NCBI RefSeq assembly: GCF_000619845.1
Contig: NZ_JHUX01000003.1
Location: forward strand, 1,540,064-1,572,063
Source of the DNA: Alkanindiges illinoisensis DSM 15370
GTDB taxonomy: Bacteria; Pseudomonadota; Gammaproteobacteria; Pseudomonadales; Moraxellaceae
Direction of reading: 5' to 3'
DNA length: 32,000 bases
Shown: positions 1 through 10,453 of the stretch, piece by piece
Layout of the letters: every line of letters starts with the position of its first letter
Position numbering within the stretch: position 1 is the first letter of the stretch
Translations under genes and position numbers: made by a program
The notes under the pieces: model-generated
What the model was told of the DNA's origin: nothing
The model's input: the letters and a program-made list of their open reading frames with translations, nothing else
The model's database searches: none

Positions 1-330
1 CTTGCTGGGCTTTTCGGCCACGGCATCATGGGTACGTGGCAAACCATCAATCAGCGCAATCTCGCCAAACCAGTTACAAGGTTCAATCACCGCCAGCAAT
101 GCTTCCTTGCCTTGCTCATTATGGCTATTAATCCGCAACGCCCCTTCCAGCACACAATACAGACCATCAAAGGCATCATTACGATAAAACAAATATTGCT
201 GGGCTGTTAGATGTTTAATTCTGGCATGGCTTAATAACTGCTGCTGAACATACGCTGGCAATGAATGAAACCACTGGCCCTGCTGAAGCTGCTGCATCTC
301 ATGTGTACTGATATCAGGCGCTATGGTCAT
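1..330 (-). CDS. Crp/Fnr-family transcriptional regulator, N-terminal part (gene runs off the left edge)
   Basis: Manual minus-strand translation from the ATG (revcomp of cat 328-330) stays open for 110 codons to position 1: MTIAPDISTHEMQQLQQGQWFHSLPAYVQQQLLSHARIKHLTAQQYLFYRNDAFDGLYCVLEGALRINSHNEQGKEALLAVIEPCNWFGEIALIDGLPRTHDAVAEKPSK. The F-GE-AL-DG-PRTHDA pattern is typical of the cNMP-binding barrel. It is absent from the ORF track because no stop lies in the window. Confidence 0.7.
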   Translation of the reverse strand, partial: MTIAPDISTHEMQQLQQGQWFHSLPAYVQQQLLSHARIKHLTAQQYLFYRNDAFDGLYCVLEGALRINSHNEQGKEALLAVIEPCNWFGEIALIDGLPRTHDAVAEKPSK

Positions 331-469
331 GTATTGTCTTGCCGGATTAAACCCATACTTTAATCATACGAAAGATTGCTGCCCAGTTAAAGATTGTCGC
401 CTAGTTGATAGTGTCAACGATGGAGTGAGCGTAAGCTATCCAGTAAATAATCCGGATGGAGTATCAACC

Positions 470-787
470 ATGAAAATTACCCTCAATGCAGAATGGACCC
501 GCCTGCTCAAAAGCTACAAGGCTGATCACCAGAATCCCCGTAACCAGTTTTGCCATAAAATTGGTATTCCCCTGATTGCAGCATCGCTACCTATCGGCGC
601 CACTATCATTGGCCTGCCCCTTGCTGTGCCCATGTTCACTGTAGGCTGGGGTTTTCAGTTTGCAGGACATATTTTTGAAGGTAAAAAACCGGCTTTTGTG
701 GATGACAAGCGTCAATTGCTTGTAGGACTGGTATGGTGGGGTCAAAAATCCGGTCTGGTTGATGTCAACACCACGGTTGAGGATTAA
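470..787 (+). CDS. DUF962 (Mpo1-like) small membrane protein
   Basis: This is the internal Met50 of tracked ORF 323..787, with GGATGGAG upstream. The sequence MKITLNAEWTRLLKSYKADHQNPRNQFCHKIGIPLIA...GHIFEGKKPAFVDD matches the DUF962 pattern (HxNPxNxxxHxxGIP and GHxxEGxxPA). Confidence 0.7.
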   Translation: MKITLNAEWTRLLKSYKADHQNPRNQFCHKIGIPLIAASLPIGATIIGLPLAVPMFTVGWGFQFAGHIFEGKKPAFVDDKRQLLVGLVWWGQKSGLVDVNTTVED

Positions 788-829
788 AGCAAATCATTGC
801 TGTATTGAACACAGTACATAGTTATAAAT

Positions 830-860
830 CAGGAGACTTAGCATACTAATAAGTCTCCTG
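830..860 (+). terminator. 11-bp hairpin after the DUF962 gene (possible terminator, weak U-tail)
   Basis: caggagactta (830-840) pairs with taagtctcctg (850-860) around a 9-nt loop. Only TT follows the stem. Confidence 0.4.
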
Positions 861-994
861 TTGATTAAAAAATAAGCTCTAATATTAATAGCAAACCTAT
901 TTTATTACTTACCAATGCTTCGCCTAATACAAAATTATTCATGATTAATAAAGCGTTTCTTTTATGCTATAGAAAACAATTATTGGAGAAAATT

Positions 995-1174
995 ATGCTA
1001 TCAAACATATTGAAAGTAATTAGTGCGGCTATTGCTACTGCTCTATTGGCAACAGGCTGTGCAGTACATACACCTGATGGCAGCGTCGTGATTGACCCTG
1101 ATCGCACTTATGGTAGTCATCCTCATGATGGTAGATTTTGCCCACCTGGTCAGGCTAAAAAGGGCCGTTGTTAA
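995..1174 (+). CDS. small lipoprotein (59 aa)
   Basis: This is the internal Met19 of ORF 941..1174, with GGAGAAAATT upstream. MLSNILKVISAAIATALLATGC has a lipobox (LATGC) after a hydrophobic signal. Confidence 0.6.
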   Translation: MLSNILKVISAAIATALLATGCAVHTPDGSVVIDPDRTYGSHPHDGRFCPPGQAKKGRC

Positions 1175-1187
1175 TTTTTATTTTTCA

Positions 1188-1214
1188 AAAGCTCCTCAAT
1201 TCAGGAGCTTTTTA
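1188..1214 (+). terminator. rho-independent terminator
   Basis: aaagctcct (1188-1196) pairs with aggagcttt (1203-1211) around loop caattc, and the stem runs into a T-run. Confidence 0.7.
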
Positions 1215-1274
1215 TTATCTTGAAAGTTATTCATGATAAAACAATACAAATTACCCAAATTCATTCAAGACGTA

Positions 1275-1694
1275 TTATTTACAGCCATTCATATTATGCG
1301 TCTGCGTTTCTACCATGGTTCGCGTGTCTTTATTGCAGGTCACAATGGCCGTACCATCATCCAGACAATACTTGAGTACTGACATATTTGCTGTTTGGGT
1401 ATCAGACAATACCTTGTAGCCTTTTCTAACAAACATACTTTTCATAATGCCCTGAAACGCCAGACAGCGATCATACTCCATTGACATGGTTTCATTGGTT
1501 AAGCCGGATGAACTCATCACCTTCTGGGTTGAAGCATTTGCTGTCCCAGTTTTAGTTTTTGACGAGGCTCCTACAGCACAGGGCGCTTCCTGATAAATCG
1601 TGCCTTTACTGGTGGTACATTTATAAACACTACTGGCTTCGGCAGACTGAGCCAGCACTAACATAACCATAACCCCTAAAATATTTGTCTTCAT
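1275..1694 (-). CDS. secreted hypothetical protein with a DUF4124-like N-terminal motif
   Basis: This is Met9 of ORF 1275..1718. MKTNILGVMVMLVLAQSAEA is a signal peptide. SSVYKCTTSKGTIYQEAPC resembles the DUF4124 motif. Confidence 0.5.
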   Translation of the reverse strand: MKTNILGVMVMLVLAQSAEASSVYKCTTSKGTIYQEAPCAVGASSKTKTGTANASTQKVMSSSGLTNETMSMEYDRCLAFQGIMKSMFVRKGYKVLSDTQTANMSVLKYCLDDGTAIVTCNKDTRTMVETQTHNMNGCK

Positions 1695-1871
1695 ATGAAT
1701 TTCCATTTCTTTATTCAATTATTTAAATACTTTCAATAACGCAACAATAGCATATTGGGTTTCATCGTGACTCTTCCAGTAAGGCATTATTAAAAAGAAT
1801 TTTAAGCTTTACTTTAGTTGCTTGAATGAACAAGTTTAAATTTAAAAAATCTAGATTTAATAGCATTGACC

Positions 1872-1905
1872 AAAAAACAAAAAACCGCACTAAAAAGCGC
1901 GGTTT
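1872..1905 (-). terminator. terminator of the tRNA operon
   Basis: The minus-sense stem AAACCGC/GCGGUUU (1882-1888 with 1899-1905) is followed by UUUGUUUUUUG. Confidence 0.6.
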
Positions 1906-1927
1906 CATTTTATTTCCAACAGAAATA

Positions 1928-2003
1928 TGGTGGGCGTTGACGGACTCGAACCGCCGACCCGCTGCTTGTAAGGCAGCTGCTCTACCAACTGAGCTAAACG
2001 CCC
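1928..2003 (-). tRNA. tRNA-Val (anticodon TAC)
   Basis: The revcomp GGGCGTTTAGCTCAGTTGGTAGAGCAGCTGCCTTACAAGCAGCGGGTCGGCGGTTCGAGTCCGTCAACGCCCACCA folds as a cloverleaf by hand. The anticodon loop is CTTACAA and CCA is encoded. Confidence 0.95.
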
Positions 2004-2142
2004 TGAGATTTTTTAAAGCACTGCTTTAAAAAAGCGCAAGTCAAACGAACAACGTGAGTGCGTAGTCTATGCATCTACGCATCAGTCTGCCACTCAAAAT
2101 TTTGAGCACAAGAAACAAATCTAAGATTTGCTTAAAAATAAA

Positions 2143-2219
2143 TGGCGCAGCGGACGGGACTCGAACCCGCGACCCCCGGCGTGACAGGCCGGTATTCTAA
2201 CCGACTGAACTACCGCTGC
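2143..2219 (-). tRNA. tRNA-Asp (anticodon GTC)
   Basis: The revcomp is GCAGCGGTAGTTCAGTCGGTTAGAATACCGGCCTGTCACGCCGGGGGTCGCGGGTTCGAGTCCCGTCCGCTGCGCCA. The anticodon loop is CTGTCAC. Confidence 0.95.
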
Positions 2220-2330
2220 GTTATCGCAACCAATGGGGTAAACTGGTGCGTTTGAATGTTTACTTGCATTCAGTCAAGTGCTTGTTACAAGCATTGTCAC
2301 TTGGGATAACGCCCTCTATTTCAGAGGAAA

Positions 2331-2407
2331 TGGCGCAGCGGACGGGACTCGAACCCGCGACCCCCGGCGTGACAGGCCGGTATTCTAACCGACTGAACTA
2401 CCGCTGC
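2331..2407 (-). tRNA. tRNA-Asp (anticodon GTC), second identical copy
   Basis: The sequence is identical to 2143-2219. Confidence 0.95.
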
Positions 2408-2438
2408 ATCGCGTTATTTTTACATAACAACTTTAACA

Positions 2439-2514
2439 TGGTGGGCGTTGACGGACTCGAACCGCCGACCCGCTGCTTGTAAGGCAGCTGCTCTACCAAC
2501 TGAGCTAAACGCCC
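2439..2514 (-). tRNA. tRNA-Val (anticodon TAC), second identical copy
   Basis: The sequence is identical to 1928-2003. Confidence 0.95.
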
Positions 2515-2608
2515 TGAGCGATGACAAAGCAAAACAACGTTTTGCCCGAGCGCAAGATTAAAGCTATCACAACACTATAAAGCCAGGCTTCATCGCGTTG
2601 TGGGGTGC

Positions 2609-2636
2609 ATTATAGAGAATCTAGATAAGCTGTCAA
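2609..2636 (-). promoter_or_regulatory. sigma70 promoter of the tRNA operon
   Basis: The minus strand reads TTGACA (2631-2636), a 16-nt spacer, then TATAAT (2609-2614). An A-rich UP-like tract lies upstream (revcomp of 2641-2665). The GC-rich discriminator gcaccccac is typical of stable-RNA promoters. Confidence 0.7.
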
Positions 2637-2743
2637 ACGCTTTTCCGCTTTTTTTGAAATTTTGCAGCTGATTGTCCAAAAATTGGCTCATCCGGCTTAA
2701 GTTGGTGAATATTTGATCTTTTTTAAGACGCTATATATCCAAT

Positions 2744-3337
2744 TTACAAGCAATTTTTGCCTGATATGTTTTCGTTAAAAATTAAATTACGCAATGAATC
2801 ATCAAGTTGCTCAAAAATATCCACCCGCGTTCCCACTTCTACCAGATCAAATAATTCAATGACATCGCTATTACGCATCCGGATACAGCCGTGAGAACGT
2901 GCAATGCCCATGGGCTCTGTGTCTGGCGTGCCGTGAATATAAATGTAGCGACTATGGCTATCGCAACCTGTCCCCTGATTAAACTGCGGTTCAATACCAT
3001 ACAGCCATAGAATCCGGCTTAAAATCCAGTCACGTTGCGGATATTGCTCCGCCAGTTCATTCGTATAAATTTCACCCGTTGGCACACGCCCGACAAACAC
3101 ACTATTGATGGGCTGTCCTGCGCCAATCTTGTCACTGACTACATGCTGGCCGCGCGGTGTGCAGCCGCTGCCTTCCTGCTCCCCCACCCCATTTAATGCC
3201 GTTGAAATGCTATAGCTGCGCTGAACTTCACCAAAAAAATGCAGTTGCTGGGTAGAGATATCCACCTGAATATAGGGCTTGGACATGGTGCTCAACTGTA
3301 AACCTGAATAACGATATAAGCTGCTACAGCCTAGCAT
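2744..3337 (-). CDS. L,D-transpeptidase (YkuD domain) family protein
   Basis: The active-site region HGTPDTEPMGIARSHGCIRMRNSDVIELFDLV contains the conserved SHGCIRM motif. The start is uncertain. An alternative ATG at 3286 gives MSKPYIQVD. Confidence 0.8.
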   Translation of the reverse strand: MLGCSSLYRYSGLQLSTMSKPYIQVDISTQQLHFFGEVQRSYSISTALNGVGEQEGSGCTPRGQHVVSDKIGAGQPINSVFVGRVPTGEIYTNELAEQYPQRDWILSRILWLYGIEPQFNQGTGCDSHSRYIYIHGTPDTEPMGIARSHGCIRMRNSDVIELFDLVEVGTRVDIFEQLDDSLRNLIFNENISGKNCL

Positions 3338-3543
3338 GCAGTGAGGCTGATTTGGAGATTAAAGTTTTGAGTTTAAATTTTGCTAACAGTTTACTGATTT
3401 TTTTACTGGATGCGTATTCAACCCATTATCTTTATGCTCGATGATTATGATTCTTTTCCCTTGAGTACAGCTTTCTTAAGAGATTCATTGATGCAGCAAT
3501 GTTTATAAATACCTCTTTTAATGTTGCACTTATGATTTTAAGT

Positions 3544-3981
3544 CTAAAGTTTTGGCGCTGGTGGCGTATCGTTATTGGGTTTGGCTGGAGTAAGCACCAT
3601 GAGTTCACGCTTGGGTTCAGGGCGCGTCCACATCCACACGGCCACCATTAGCATCACAATATCGGTAAAAACCTTTACCCAGAACGGCGCGTTGGTAAGC
3701 CACATCAGGCTGCCACTGGTCAGCATCATGAGTGTCGCAATCACCTTGGCCTTGCGTGGAATGGTTTTATGCGCACGCCACTCACGAATCAGATGCCCAT
3801 ATTTAGGGTGACTGGTGAGCCAATGATCCAGTGCTGGCCAGCCTTTGGACGCTGCCCAAGCCGCCAGAATTAAAAAAACAGTGGTGGGCAAGCCCGGCAG
3901 CAATGCACCAATAAATGCCAGGATCAGAAAAATAATGACCAGACTGCGCCAGAATAAATTGTGCCAAAACGAAGTACGCAT
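3544..3981 (-). CDS. ybaN: DUF454 inner-membrane protein (YbaN family)
   Basis: LLPGLPTTVFLILAAWAASKGWPALDHWLTSHPKYGHLIREWRAHKTIPRKAKV parallels E. coli YbaN ([28 protein letters not shown]...). Confidence 0.75.
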   Translation of the reverse strand: MRTSFWHNLFWRSLVIIFLILAFIGALLPGLPTTVFLILAAWAASKGWPALDHWLTSHPKYGHLIREWRAHKTIPRKAKVIATLMMLTSGSLMWLTNAPFWVKVFTDIVMLMVAVWMWTRPEPKRELMVLTPAKPNNDTPPAPKL

Positions 3982-4253
3982 TTTTTACTGCTATTGAAAC
4001 CCAAGGGATTAATGTCAAACTAAAACACTGATTTTGTACGCTCAAGTATAGTCTAATTTCAGCATAAGTTATTTTTGTCACCAGAACTGGCAAAAAACTA
4101 CGCATCATTTTAACTGTGTCGATTCATTTTATGACTTGGTTAACTACAATCTGTATACACAGTTAGCGCTTTCTGTTGATAGTGGCCTAAAAGCACTTTG
4201 TCAGACTGCCTGGTGTTTAAGATTATTTTTCGTAAAAACAGTTGAATGAAAAG

Positions 4254-5677
<1,424 letters not shown>

Positions 5678-5744
5678 GTTTTTTTATTGTGGTAATCACC
5701 CGCTTAAAGCTGGCCTTAGTTTTAGCTTTAAGCGGGTTTACTAT

Positions 5745-7001
5745 TTATAGGCTTTCACCAAAGACCCGTACCAGATGACGACCATCTGATTTTGCCTGAT
5801 ATACTGCTGAATCAGCATGCGCAATCAACTGGGTTTCGGTCATATCAGCTTCACCAGACCAGGTGGCTACACCAATACTCAGGGTCAAATATTTACCAAT
5901 CAGTGAAGCACTGTGTTCAACCTTTAGGTCATCGACAGCTTTCATAATATTATTGGCAACGACCTGTGCCCCACTGGACGGGGTATTTGGCAACAGCAGG
6001 ATAAATTCCTCGCCGCCATACCGCGCTGCCATATCCGAGCTGCGGCGCATGTGATTTTTAAGTACCTGTGCCACTTTAACCAGTGCATCATCCCCTTTAA
6101 GATGACCATAGGTATCGTTGTAGTTTTTAAAGCAATCAATATCGACAAACACCAGTGACAATGGCTCACCGGAACGCTCTGCCCGATCCCACTCCGTATG
6201 GATGGCTTCATTAAAATAGCGGCGATTATACAAACTGGTCAGCGGGTCTTCATTGGACAGCCGGATCAGTTCATTGCTCATCAGTTTGGAGTGCAGCTTA
6301 TCTAGCTCTAATAGGCGGGCTTGCAGAAAACTGATACGTTCCTTGCCAATAATGCTCTGGCTAACAAAAAATCCAATAAAATTACTGAAGATGACTGAAT
6401 AAAAATACAGCATCGGATCAAATTTCTCTCCCATCAAGCACAGGATTGGCAATGGCAGCAATCCTGCGATCAGACAGGTAATCCATAAAATTAAAGGGCG
6501 AGTGCCAGTGAGAAAATAAATCAGCATGTAGACAAACACGACAATATACCCACCCTGCTGGGTTAGGCGAGGTTCTTCATACTGTACGGTTAGAAAACTG
6601 CTAAAGAAAATCCCAATAAAGCTGACCCCAATAATAAAACGCTGAAAATAGGGCGTTAAACCGGGAATACTGGCAATGACTGGCAGGGTTGCCAGACACA
6701 CTGCACCATTTAAATACATGAGAAACCAGATCAGGATGTCATGCAGGCGATGCGACTCATCAGCAATTAAATAAATACTGGGAAAAGTGATTAACCCAAC
6801 CACAAAATAAATAAGTACACCCAGCGTCGCAATATTGCGGATCATTTGCAGTGAGCGCTGGGCCAGTGATTGCCAGAACAGGGCCTCTAAACTTTCCGGA
6901 AAAGGGCGGCTAATCCGCCGGCGGTCTGCCAGCAGCTTGCGGATAAACTGATCCTCTTGAAGCATGTCCTCGGGCAAGGCAGCAGTAGCAGGTTTAATCA
7001 C
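5745..7001 (-). CDS. membrane-anchored diguanylate cyclase (GGDEF domain)
   Basis: The N-terminal ~230 aa are multi-pass hydrophobic. The C-terminal part carries DPLTSLYNRRYF ... RYGGEEFILLL ... SIGVA, which is the GG(D/E)EF active site. Confidence 0.85.
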   Translation of the reverse strand: MIKPATAALPEDMLQEDQFIRKLLADRRRISRPFPESLEALFWQSLAQRSLQMIRNIATLGVLIYFVVGLITFPSIYLIADESHRLHDILIWFLMYLNGAVCLATLPVIASIPGLTPYFQRFIIGVSFIGIFFSSFLTVQYEEPRLTQQGGYIVVFVYMLIYFLTGTRPLILWITCLIAGLLPLPILCLMGEKFDPMLYFYSVIFSNFIGFFVSQSIIGKERISFLQARLLELDKLHSKLMSNELIRLSNEDPLTSLYNRRYFNEAIHTEWDRAERSGEPLSLVFVDIDCFKNYNDTYGHLKGDDALVKVAQVLKNHMRRSSDMAARYGGEEFILLLPNTPSSGAQVVANNIMKAVDDLKVEHSASLIGKYLTLSIGVATWSGEADMTETQLIAHADSAVYQAKSDGRHLVRVFGESL

Positions 7002-7054
7002 TTAAGCTCTCGTTGTCATACACGTTAATACTTTAGCCATCACATGTTCCCTAT

Positions 7055-7095
7055 GTGAATTTTATATTTGAGCATTTATTCAAATATAGGTTCAC
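7055..7095. promoter_or_regulatory. inverted repeat in the divergent GGDEF/pyrC intergenic region (candidate operator)
   Basis: TATATTTGA (7063-7071) and TCAAATATA (7080-7088) form a perfect 9-bp inverted repeat. It is flanked by GTGAA (7055-7059) and TTCAC (7091-7095). Confidence 0.4.
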
Positions 7096-7183
7096 ACTAT
7101 CAAGACTAGATATCTTCCTGCAAGTCATTCCGTCATTTCGATAATTGAATTATCATTGGGTTTTTAAGCAAAGATGTTGAACT

Positions 7184-8218
7184 TTGAATACTCTTACCAT
7201 CACCCGTCCTGATGATTGGCATATTCATCTGCGTGACGGTGCTGCACTTGCGCATACGGTGCCAGCCGCTGCCCAGCATTTTAATCGACTGATTTGCATG
7301 CCAAATCTGGTGCCGCCAGTTCGCACCGTTGAGGAAGCAGCTGCCTACCGTGACCGAATTCTAGCCCATGCACCTCAAGGCAGTGCTTTTGATCCGCGCA
7401 TGGTGCTGTACTTTACTGATGCAACTCCGGCCTCGGAAATTGCCAAAGCCAAAGCCACTGATTTCATGCAGGCTATCAAGCTGTATCCGGCAGGTGCCAC
7501 CACCAACTCACAAAATGGCGTGAGTGATATTCGCAAAGTATATTCGGTGATTGAGCAGCTTGAGGAGCACCAGTTCCCGTTATTGCTGCACGGCGAAGTC
7601 ACCCATAATCATGTGGATATTTTTGACCGTGAAAAACGTTTTCTGGATGAAGTACTTGCGCCCATGCTACGGCAGTTTCCCAAGCTCAAGCTGGTACTGG
7701 AGCATATTACCACCAGTGAAGCAGCGCACTTTGTATTGGAACAAGGCCGCAACGTGGCTGCAACCATTACGCCGCAACATCTTTTGTTTAACCGCAATCA
7801 CATGCTGGTTGGTGGGATACGTCCACATTTTTATTGCCTGCCGATCCTAAAACGCCAAAAACATCAGACCGTCCTGCTGGAAGTAGCCACTAGCGGCAAT
7901 CCCAAGTTCTTTCTGGGCACCGACAGTGCACCACATGCACAGGACAAAAAGGAAAATGCCTGTGGCTGTGCCGGTTGTTACACGGCGCCGATTGCCCTGC
8001 AACTGTATGCTGAAGCTTTTGAACAAGCGGGTCGTCTGGACAAACTGGAAGGTTTTGCCAGTCACTTTGGGGCAGATTTCTATGGCCTGCCGCGTAACAC
8101 CGAAACCATTACCCTGATTAAACAGGATTATCAGGTGCCGGCTTCCTATCCGTACATGGATAATCAGGCGCTGGTGCCTTTACGTGCTGGTGAAACACTG
8201 CCGTGGAGTATTAAATGA
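7184..8218 (+). CDS. pyrC: dihydroorotase (class II)
   Basis: [14 protein letters not shown]...MPNLVPPV...LHGEVTH..DIFDRE..F...HITT...[30 protein letters not shown]...LGTDSAPH is colinear with E. coli PyrC. The TTG start is forced by an in-frame TGA at 7178-7180 and the absence of any ATG or GTG before the RPDDWH motif. Confidence 0.93.
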   Translation: MNTLTITRPDDWHIHLRDGAALAHTVPAAAQHFNRLICMPNLVPPVRTVEEAAAYRDRILAHAPQGSAFDPRMVLYFTDATPASEIAKAKATDFMQAIKLYPAGATTNSQNGVSDIRKVYSVIEQLEEHQFPLLLHGEVTHNHVDIFDREKRFLDEVLAPMLRQFPKLKLVLEHITTSEAAHFVLEQGRNVAATITPQHLLFNRNHMLVGGIRPHFYCLPILKRQKHQTVLLEVATSGNPKFFLGTDSAPHAQDKKENACGCAGCYTAPIALQLYAEAFEQAGRLDKLEGFASHFGADFYGLPRNTETITLIKQDYQVPASYPYMDNQALVPLRAGETLPWSIK

Positions 8219-8868
8219 CCACGCTGCCGGATGGCCAGCCCATCATTGGCCAGCGCTTTCGCGGCTTTTTGCCGGTAGTGGTCGATGTTGAAACTGCTGG
8301 CTTTAATGCACAAACTGATGCCTTGCTGGAAATTGCCTGCATTCCCATCATTTATGATGAAGCAGGCCGGTTTATGCCGGGAGAAGCCCTGCATGCCCAT
8401 CTACATCCGTTTGAGGGTGCACGGCTCGATCGTCGCTCACTGGATTTTACCGGCATTGACCCGTTTAACCCCATGCGCATGGCCATTGCAGAAGATGAAA
8501 AACTGGCACTAAAGCGCATTTTTAAACGCCTAACCGAAATTCGTCGTGAGCAAGGTTGCACCCATTGCATACTGGTTGGTCACAATGCGCACTTTGATCT
8601 GGGCTTTTTGCAAGCCGCAGTTGCACGCACAGGCACCAAGAACCAGACACCGTTTCATAGTTTTTCAGTACTGGATACTGTGACCTTAGGCGCTGTTGCC
8701 TATGGGCAAACTGTCCTGGCGCGTGCCTGCCGTGCTGCCAACATTGAGTTTGATGGCAAGGAAGCCCACTCTGCGCTGTATGACACGCAAAAAACGGCTG
8801 AACTGTTTTGTCATATTTTGAACAGTTGGCCGCAGATGCTGCTTGACACTACAGAGCAGAATCCCTAA
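8215..8868 (+). CDS. rnt: ribonuclease T
   Basis: DEDDh exonuclease motifs are present: [25 protein letters not shown] and [17 protein letters not shown]. The ATGA overlap with the pyrC stop indicates an operon. Confidence 0.9.
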   Translation: MTTLPDGQPIIGQRFRGFLPVVVDVETAGFNAQTDALLEIACIPIIYDEAGRFMPGEALHAHLHPFEGARLDRRSLDFTGIDPFNPMRMAIAEDEKLALKRIFKRLTEIRREQGCTHCILVGHNAHFDLGFLQAAVARTGTKNQTPFHSFSVLDTVTLGAVAYGQTVLARACRAANIEFDGKEAHSALYDTQKTAELFCHILNSWPQMLLDTTEQNP

Positions 8869-8891
8869 TATGTGCGCACGCCAAACGCCTC

Positions 8892-8967
8892 GTCCCTATC
8901 GTCTAGAGGCCTAGGACATCGCCCTTTCACGGCGGTAACCGGGGTTCGAATCCCCGTAGGGACGCCA
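8892..8967 (+). tRNA. tRNA-Glu (anticodon TTC)
   Basis: GTCCCTATCGTCTAGAGGCCTAGGACATCGCCCTTTCACGGCGGTAACCGGGGTTCGAATCCCCGTAGGGACGCCA is close to E. coli tRNA-Glu. The anticodon loop is CTTTCAC. Confidence 0.95.
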
Positions 8968-9004
8968 TATTCGATTTTGCTGTCTGTCAGGATGGCAAAC
9001 TTGC

Positions 9005-9036
9005 AAAAAGCCCAGTCAATTATGATTGGGCTTTTT
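9005..9036 (+). terminator. rho-independent terminator after tRNA-Glu
   Basis: gcccagtc (9010-9017) pairs with gattgggc (9024-9031) with one G-U pair, followed by TTTTT. Confidence 0.75.
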
Positions 9037-9130
9037 GCATTTTAGTGTTCCGGATTTTGATTTCAATTGCTAACTTTTTAGCTGCTGCATTTGGACAACT
9101 GACAGGTTTGTAACAAAACTATAATACGGC

Positions 9131-10423
9131 ATGCAGCCTGAATCCCTACAATGCGCTCAGCCACAAATGAGTGTTGAGTTTTACATGCTGCATAAAGTCG
9201 CCGCCGCAGAAGGAATCCGGGGTATCGCCTGCTTTATGGTGGTGTTTTCTCATTTATCATTGTCATTTTTCCCTTATCTGCATTCATTTGACCACTATCG
9301 CTTGCCTGCTCATTCCTTAGAGCTGGCCATTCACCATTCCCCGTTTGCATTTTTTTATTCAGGCACAGCAGCGGTTTATATTTTCTTTGTGCTGAGTGGC
9401 TATGTGCTGAGCTATGCCATTATGAATAGCCGGGATCCGCTGCAAAAAATCCAGTCCATGACGATTAAACGCTTTCCCCGCCTGATGCTGCCTGCGCTCG
9501 GGTCATGCTTACTGTTATGGCTAGCGTTTCATTATCTGCAGCCATCGGGTCAGGATATTTCCGAATGGATTGATGTGCTGGGTGAAGAAAATCCGGGGCC
9601 GTTAAGCAATGCCTTTTTTGATGGCGTGGTGCGTACTTTCTGGTATGGCTGGAGCCAGTATAACTGGGTGCTGTGGACCATGAAATTTGAACTGGTGGGA
9701 TCGCTGCTGGTGTTTGCGCTGCTTTATACGCATTGCAAAAAAATCACATGGTCTATCGTACTGCCGCTCGTGCTGGTTGCCAGTTATCTGCTGCTTCGCA
9801 TGATGCCTTTTCACCTGGCTGACTTGCTACAGGCATCCTGGCTGGATATTGTAGAAAATAATCTGGAAATGCTCAGCTTTTTATTGGGAATGCTGTGTTT
9901 CTTCAGGTTTCACCAGCTTGGCAATTTTACTGCGTTTGGCTTGCTGACACTTGGCCTGTACTGTGCCGGTGTGCATGATAACAGTCCGTCCTATGCATGG
10001 CTAAATCCATGGCTGGATCACCGCACCTATAATATTCTTAACTTCATGGCTGGGCCGCTGGTCGTTGCAGCCATACTCATGAATGAAAAACTGGCCAGCC
10101 TGTTTTCCACACGGATACCGGTTTATTTAGGGAAAATTTCCTTTGCAGCTTATCTCAACCACTTATTGCTGATCTATGTGGTTGGTCTGCCCTTGTTTAA
10201 TTATTTGCATCACGCTAGCCACCTGAGCTATGCCGCCAATGCCCTGCTCACTTGTGCAGTGGTAATTGCAGCAACCATTATTTTTTCTGAACTGTATTAC
10301 CGCTGGGTGGATCAAAATGCCATGCGTTTTTCAGCATGGCTCGCCAACATTCGCTTTAAATTACCGAGCTTGGTCAACAGACTTTATGCTGCCTGTAGCA
10401 AGAAGCCCGGTTCATTGTCTTAG
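9131..10423 (+). CDS. acyltransferase family 3 membrane protein
   Basis: The protein is multi-pass hydrophobic. The N-terminus ...AAAEGIRGIACFMVVFSHLS resembles the acyltransferase_3 signature (RGIAxxxVVxxH). The start is uncertain, with alternative Mets at 9167 and 9185. Confidence 0.6.
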   Translation: MQPESLQCAQPQMSVEFYMLHKVAAAEGIRGIACFMVVFSHLSLSFFPYLHSFDHYRLPAHSLELAIHHSPFAFFYSGTAAVYIFFVLSGYVLSYAIMNSRDPLQKIQSMTIKRFPRLMLPALGSCLLLWLAFHYLQPSGQDISEWIDVLGEENPGPLSNAFFDGVVRTFWYGWSQYNWVLWTMKFELVGSLLVFALLYTHCKKITWSIVLPLVLVASYLLLRMMPFHLADLLQASWLDIVENNLEMLSFLLGMLCFFRFHQLGNFTAFGLLTLGLYCAGVHDNSPSYAWLNPWLDHRTYNILNFMAGPLVVAAILMNEKLASLFSTRIPVYLGKISFAAYLNHLLLIYVVGLPLFNYLHHASHLSYAANALLTCAVVIAATIIFSELYYRWVDQNAMRFSAWLANIRFKLPSLVNRLYAACSKKPGSLS

Positions 10424-10453
10424 CATTTTCTGGTTTTTCAGTTTATCTTGGCA

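Noticed and set aside
1826-2482. Tracked plus-strand ORFs 1826..2029 (67 aa) and 2246..2482 (78 aa)
   Set aside because: They are read across the antisense of tRNA-Val and tRNA-Asp genes (for example WALTDSNRRPAACKAAALPTELNAL). They are artefacts of the tRNA sequence.
3803-4108. Tracked ORF 3803..4108 (101 aa, minus)
   Set aside because: It overlaps the ybaN start region out of frame and extends into the AT-rich intergenic sequence. It has no SD or recognisable domain. It is probably spurious.
4151-4162. CTGTATACACAG as a LexA/SOS box upstream of argG
   Set aside because: It is only 12 nt, with CTGT/ACAG ends. It does not fit the 16-nt CTG-N10-CAG layout and has no SOS-related gene context.
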